Shown: in pieces, positions 62,463 to 64,000 of the stretch
Numbering within the stretch: the stretch's first letter is position 1
Layout: every line of letters begins with the position of its first letter
Origin: Chloroflexota bacterium
GTDB lineage: Bacteria; Chloroflexota; Limnocylindria; Limnocylindrales; CSP1-4
NCBI GenBank assembly: GCA_034430475.1
Contig: DAOUEA010000071.1
Location: 25,098 to 89,097, forward strand
DNA length: 64,000 nucleotides
Reading direction: 5' to 3'
Notes under the pieces: model-generated
The model's database searches: none
Seen by the model: only the letters and a program-made list of their open reading frames with translations
What the model was told of the DNA's origin: nothing
Program-made: the position numbers and the translations under genes

Positions 62463-63506
62463 GTGTACGCGTTCAGAGTTCACCCCGCGGCAATCAGCGT
62501 CACCGATGGCGTTCAGCACGCCTGGGACTACCTGACCCGATCCTGGAGGCTGTGGGGCTGGGTCGTGCTGGGACTCGTCGTCGCGAACTGCCTGTTCATG
62601 CTGCTCGTCGCCGACGTTGTGAGGGAAGGGCTGTACTCCGTCGACGAGCGAACGAACCAGATCGTCTGGGCCGCCGACGCCGGTCAGAGGATCGCCCAGT
62701 TGCTGCTCGTTTCGCTTGTGCTGGCCGCCGTTTCCGCGGTCGCCAGCTGGGCCTTCACCGGGGTCGCCATCGCCGGCCTGCGGGGCTGGAAGCTCACGCC
62801 CGGCGTCGTCCTGAGCCGCGGCGTCCTCGTCTTCGCCTCGCAGCTGCTCGTCGCCTTTGTCGCCTTCGTCGCCATCTTGGTGCTGGCCGTTCTCATCGTG
62901 GCCGCTCCCGCGCTCGGCATCCTGGCCATGCTCCCTGCGGGCGTCCTCGGCATCTACGCCCTGGTGCGTGTCGCTTTCGCCGCCCTGGCCATCTTCGACG
63001 GCTCCGGCCCAATCTCGGGCTTGCAGGAGAGCTGGCGGCTGTCCGAGGGTGCCGTCCTGCGCATGATCGGCTGGGCCCTCATGGCCATGCTGATTTCCAT
63101 GGCCTTCGGGCTTGTCTCCGGGATGGCAACCGTCCCGCTGGCGGGCTCGGACTCCATCAGCCTGGTGCTGTCCCAGGGCATCTCCGCCGCCGTCAGCGGC
63201 GTGGGGCAGGCCTTCGGCGTCTTCATGCTGGCTGCCCTCTACGAGAGCCAGCGTGCCCGCCACGATCCCAGTCTCTTCCCGTCGCCGCCCTACCCGCCCC
63301 CGCCGGCGCGCGCCTGGCTCGGTGCCTATCCGCCTGCCTGGCCCGGCGCCTACCCGCCCCCCGGCGCCTACCCGCCCCCCGGCGCCTACCCGCCCCCCGC
63401 GAATGCCGGCCCAGCCTGGGTCGAGGGTGGCGGCGAGGGCACCGGCCAGACCGAAGCCGGCCGGCCGCCGCAGCCTCCCCCGGGCTGGCCGCCCCAGTCG
63501 AGCTAG
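62463..63506 (+). CDS. Polytopic membrane protein with proline-rich repeat C-terminal tail, unknown function
   Basis: GTG at 62463 with GGAGGAGGG upstream (the track ORF starts at 62214). About 6 hydrophobic segments, then the tail PSPPYPPPPARAWLGAYPPAWPGAYPPPGAYPPPGAYPPPANAGP...PQPPPGWPPQSS. Confidence 0.6.
   Translation: MYAFRVHPAAISVTDGVQHAWDYLTRSWRLWGWVVLGLVVANCLFMLLVADVVREGLYSVDERTNQIVWAADAGQRIAQLLLVSLVLAAVSAVASWAFTGVAIAGLRGWKLTPGVVLSRGVLVFASQLLVAFVAFVAILVLAVLIVAAPALGILAMLPAGVLGIYALVRVAFAALAIFDGSGPISGLQESWRLSEGAVLRMIGWALMAMLISMAFGLVSGMATVPLAGSDSISLVLSQGISAAVSGVGQAFGVFMLAALYESQRARHDPSLFPSPPYPPPPARAWLGAYPPAWPGAYPPPGAYPPPGAYPPPANAGPAWVEGGGEGTGQTEAGRPPQPPPGWPPQSS
63345..63398 (+). repeat. 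Three perfect tandem 18-bp repeats (ggcgcctacccgcccccc) encoding GAYPPP x3
   Basis: Copies at 63345-63362, 63363-63380 and 63381-63398, read directly from the sequence. Confidence 0.9.
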
Positions 63507-64000
63507 CCGGCGGCCCGCTCCAGCAACGGGGCGATGTGGCGGGCGTAGACCGTCGGCCACGAGTAGAACTCGCGGACCCGCGCGGCCAGCTCGGCCGACG
63601 GCCCGCGGGCGATGGCCGCCAGTACCGCCTGGGCCAAGGCCTCGGGCCCGCCGTCGGGCTGGACGCACTGTGCCGCGTCGCCGGCCGGCTCGTGGAGGCT
63701 CGGCAGGTCGGAGCAGACGATGGGCGGGTCCCTGATCGCCGCTTCCAGGATGGGCAGGCCGAATCCTTCCTCCCAGCTCGGCTGCAGCAGCACGTCCGCG
63801 GCGTGGCATAGCCGGGCCAGCTGATGGTCGGCCGGAGGCCCGGCTTCAGCCTCCGCCAGGAAGATCACCGCCTGGTCTAGCGCCAGCGCGTTCTCGACGA
63901 TCAGTAGGTCCAGGTCGAACGCCACGGCGAAGGCATTGAGCTCGTCCAGCAGGTGAGCCCGCAGCTCATCGAGCGGCGCGTCAGCTGGGGCGGCCGAACG
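63503..64000 (-). CDS. GT4/GT1-type glycosyltransferase, C-terminal part only (N-terminus beyond the window edge)
   Basis: The frame stays open from the stop at 63503 to the window end (the track lists only 63503..63925). Motif LLQPSWEEGFGLPILEAA is the E-x7-E type GT4 signature. Confidence 0.75.
   Translation of the reverse strand, partial: RSAAPADAPLDELRAHLLDELNAFAVAFDLDLLIVENALALDQAVIFLAEAEAGPPADHQLARLCHAADVLLQPSWEEGFGLPILEAAIRDPPIVCSDLPSLHEPAGDAAQCVQPDGGPEALAQAVLAAIARGPSAELAARVREFYSWPTVYARHIAPLLERAAG

Noticed and set aside
62370-63809. 479-aa minus-strand ORF and the overlapping plus-strand ORF 62552..63811
   Set aside because: Both overlap the membrane-protein gene and the GT4 gene in other frames. 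They are Arg/Gly/Pro-rich with no motifs, whereas the chosen frames show clean TM helices and a GT4 signature.

Overview
Strongly GC-rich bacterial chromosomal window (GC not computed). I count about 55 protein genes and saw no rRNA, tRNA, CRISPR array, transposase or integrase. Many long ORFs in the six-frame track are antisense or N-terminally over-extended GC artefacts, so I re-set several starts by reading the sequence. Left to right: (1) A Tad-type pilus minor-pilin cluster: an edge-truncated TadG-like gene missing from the ORF track plus two TadE-like genes, next to an orphan OmpR-type response regulator and an M23 peptidase. (2) Housekeeping genes: UDG, pdxS/pdxT, a tandem-GNAT protein, a Ycf45/SpoIIIAA-like R3H ATPase, tmk and an ECF sigma/anti-sigma pair. 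(3) A second-messenger node: a GAF plus degenerate-GGDEF protein divergent from a DarA-like c-di-AMP receptor operon. (4) A cobalamin riboswitch driving a translationally coupled five-gene operon: two secreted, C-terminally anchored proteins resembling the two halves of transcobalamin, plus an ECF-type importer (T, fused AA', S-like). This is my top candidate for an undescribed system. (5) GT87-like, GerW/YtfJ-like and aminotransferase genes, then malic enzyme, an unknown gene and alanine dehydrogenase; an exported GH3, pgm and an MFS pump. (6) An AmmeMemoRadiSam system whose B and radical-SAM genes lie about 17 kb from the AMMECR1 gene. Between them sits a pentose/glycoside utilisation block (xylBA, sugar ABC transporter, two GH3, PfkB kinase, GH116, LacI, GH51) carrying shared AT-rich intergenic motifs. 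(7) HtrA protease, an ABC-2 exporter with two paralogous 12-TM permeases, a small GIY-YIG protein, a membrane protein with a GAYPPP repeat tail, and an edge-truncated GT4 glycosyltransferase. A recurring TAnnnT-N6/7-start-codon pattern suggests widespread leaderless transcription. All family assignments come from reading motifs by eye and from memory of family signatures; no database search was run.
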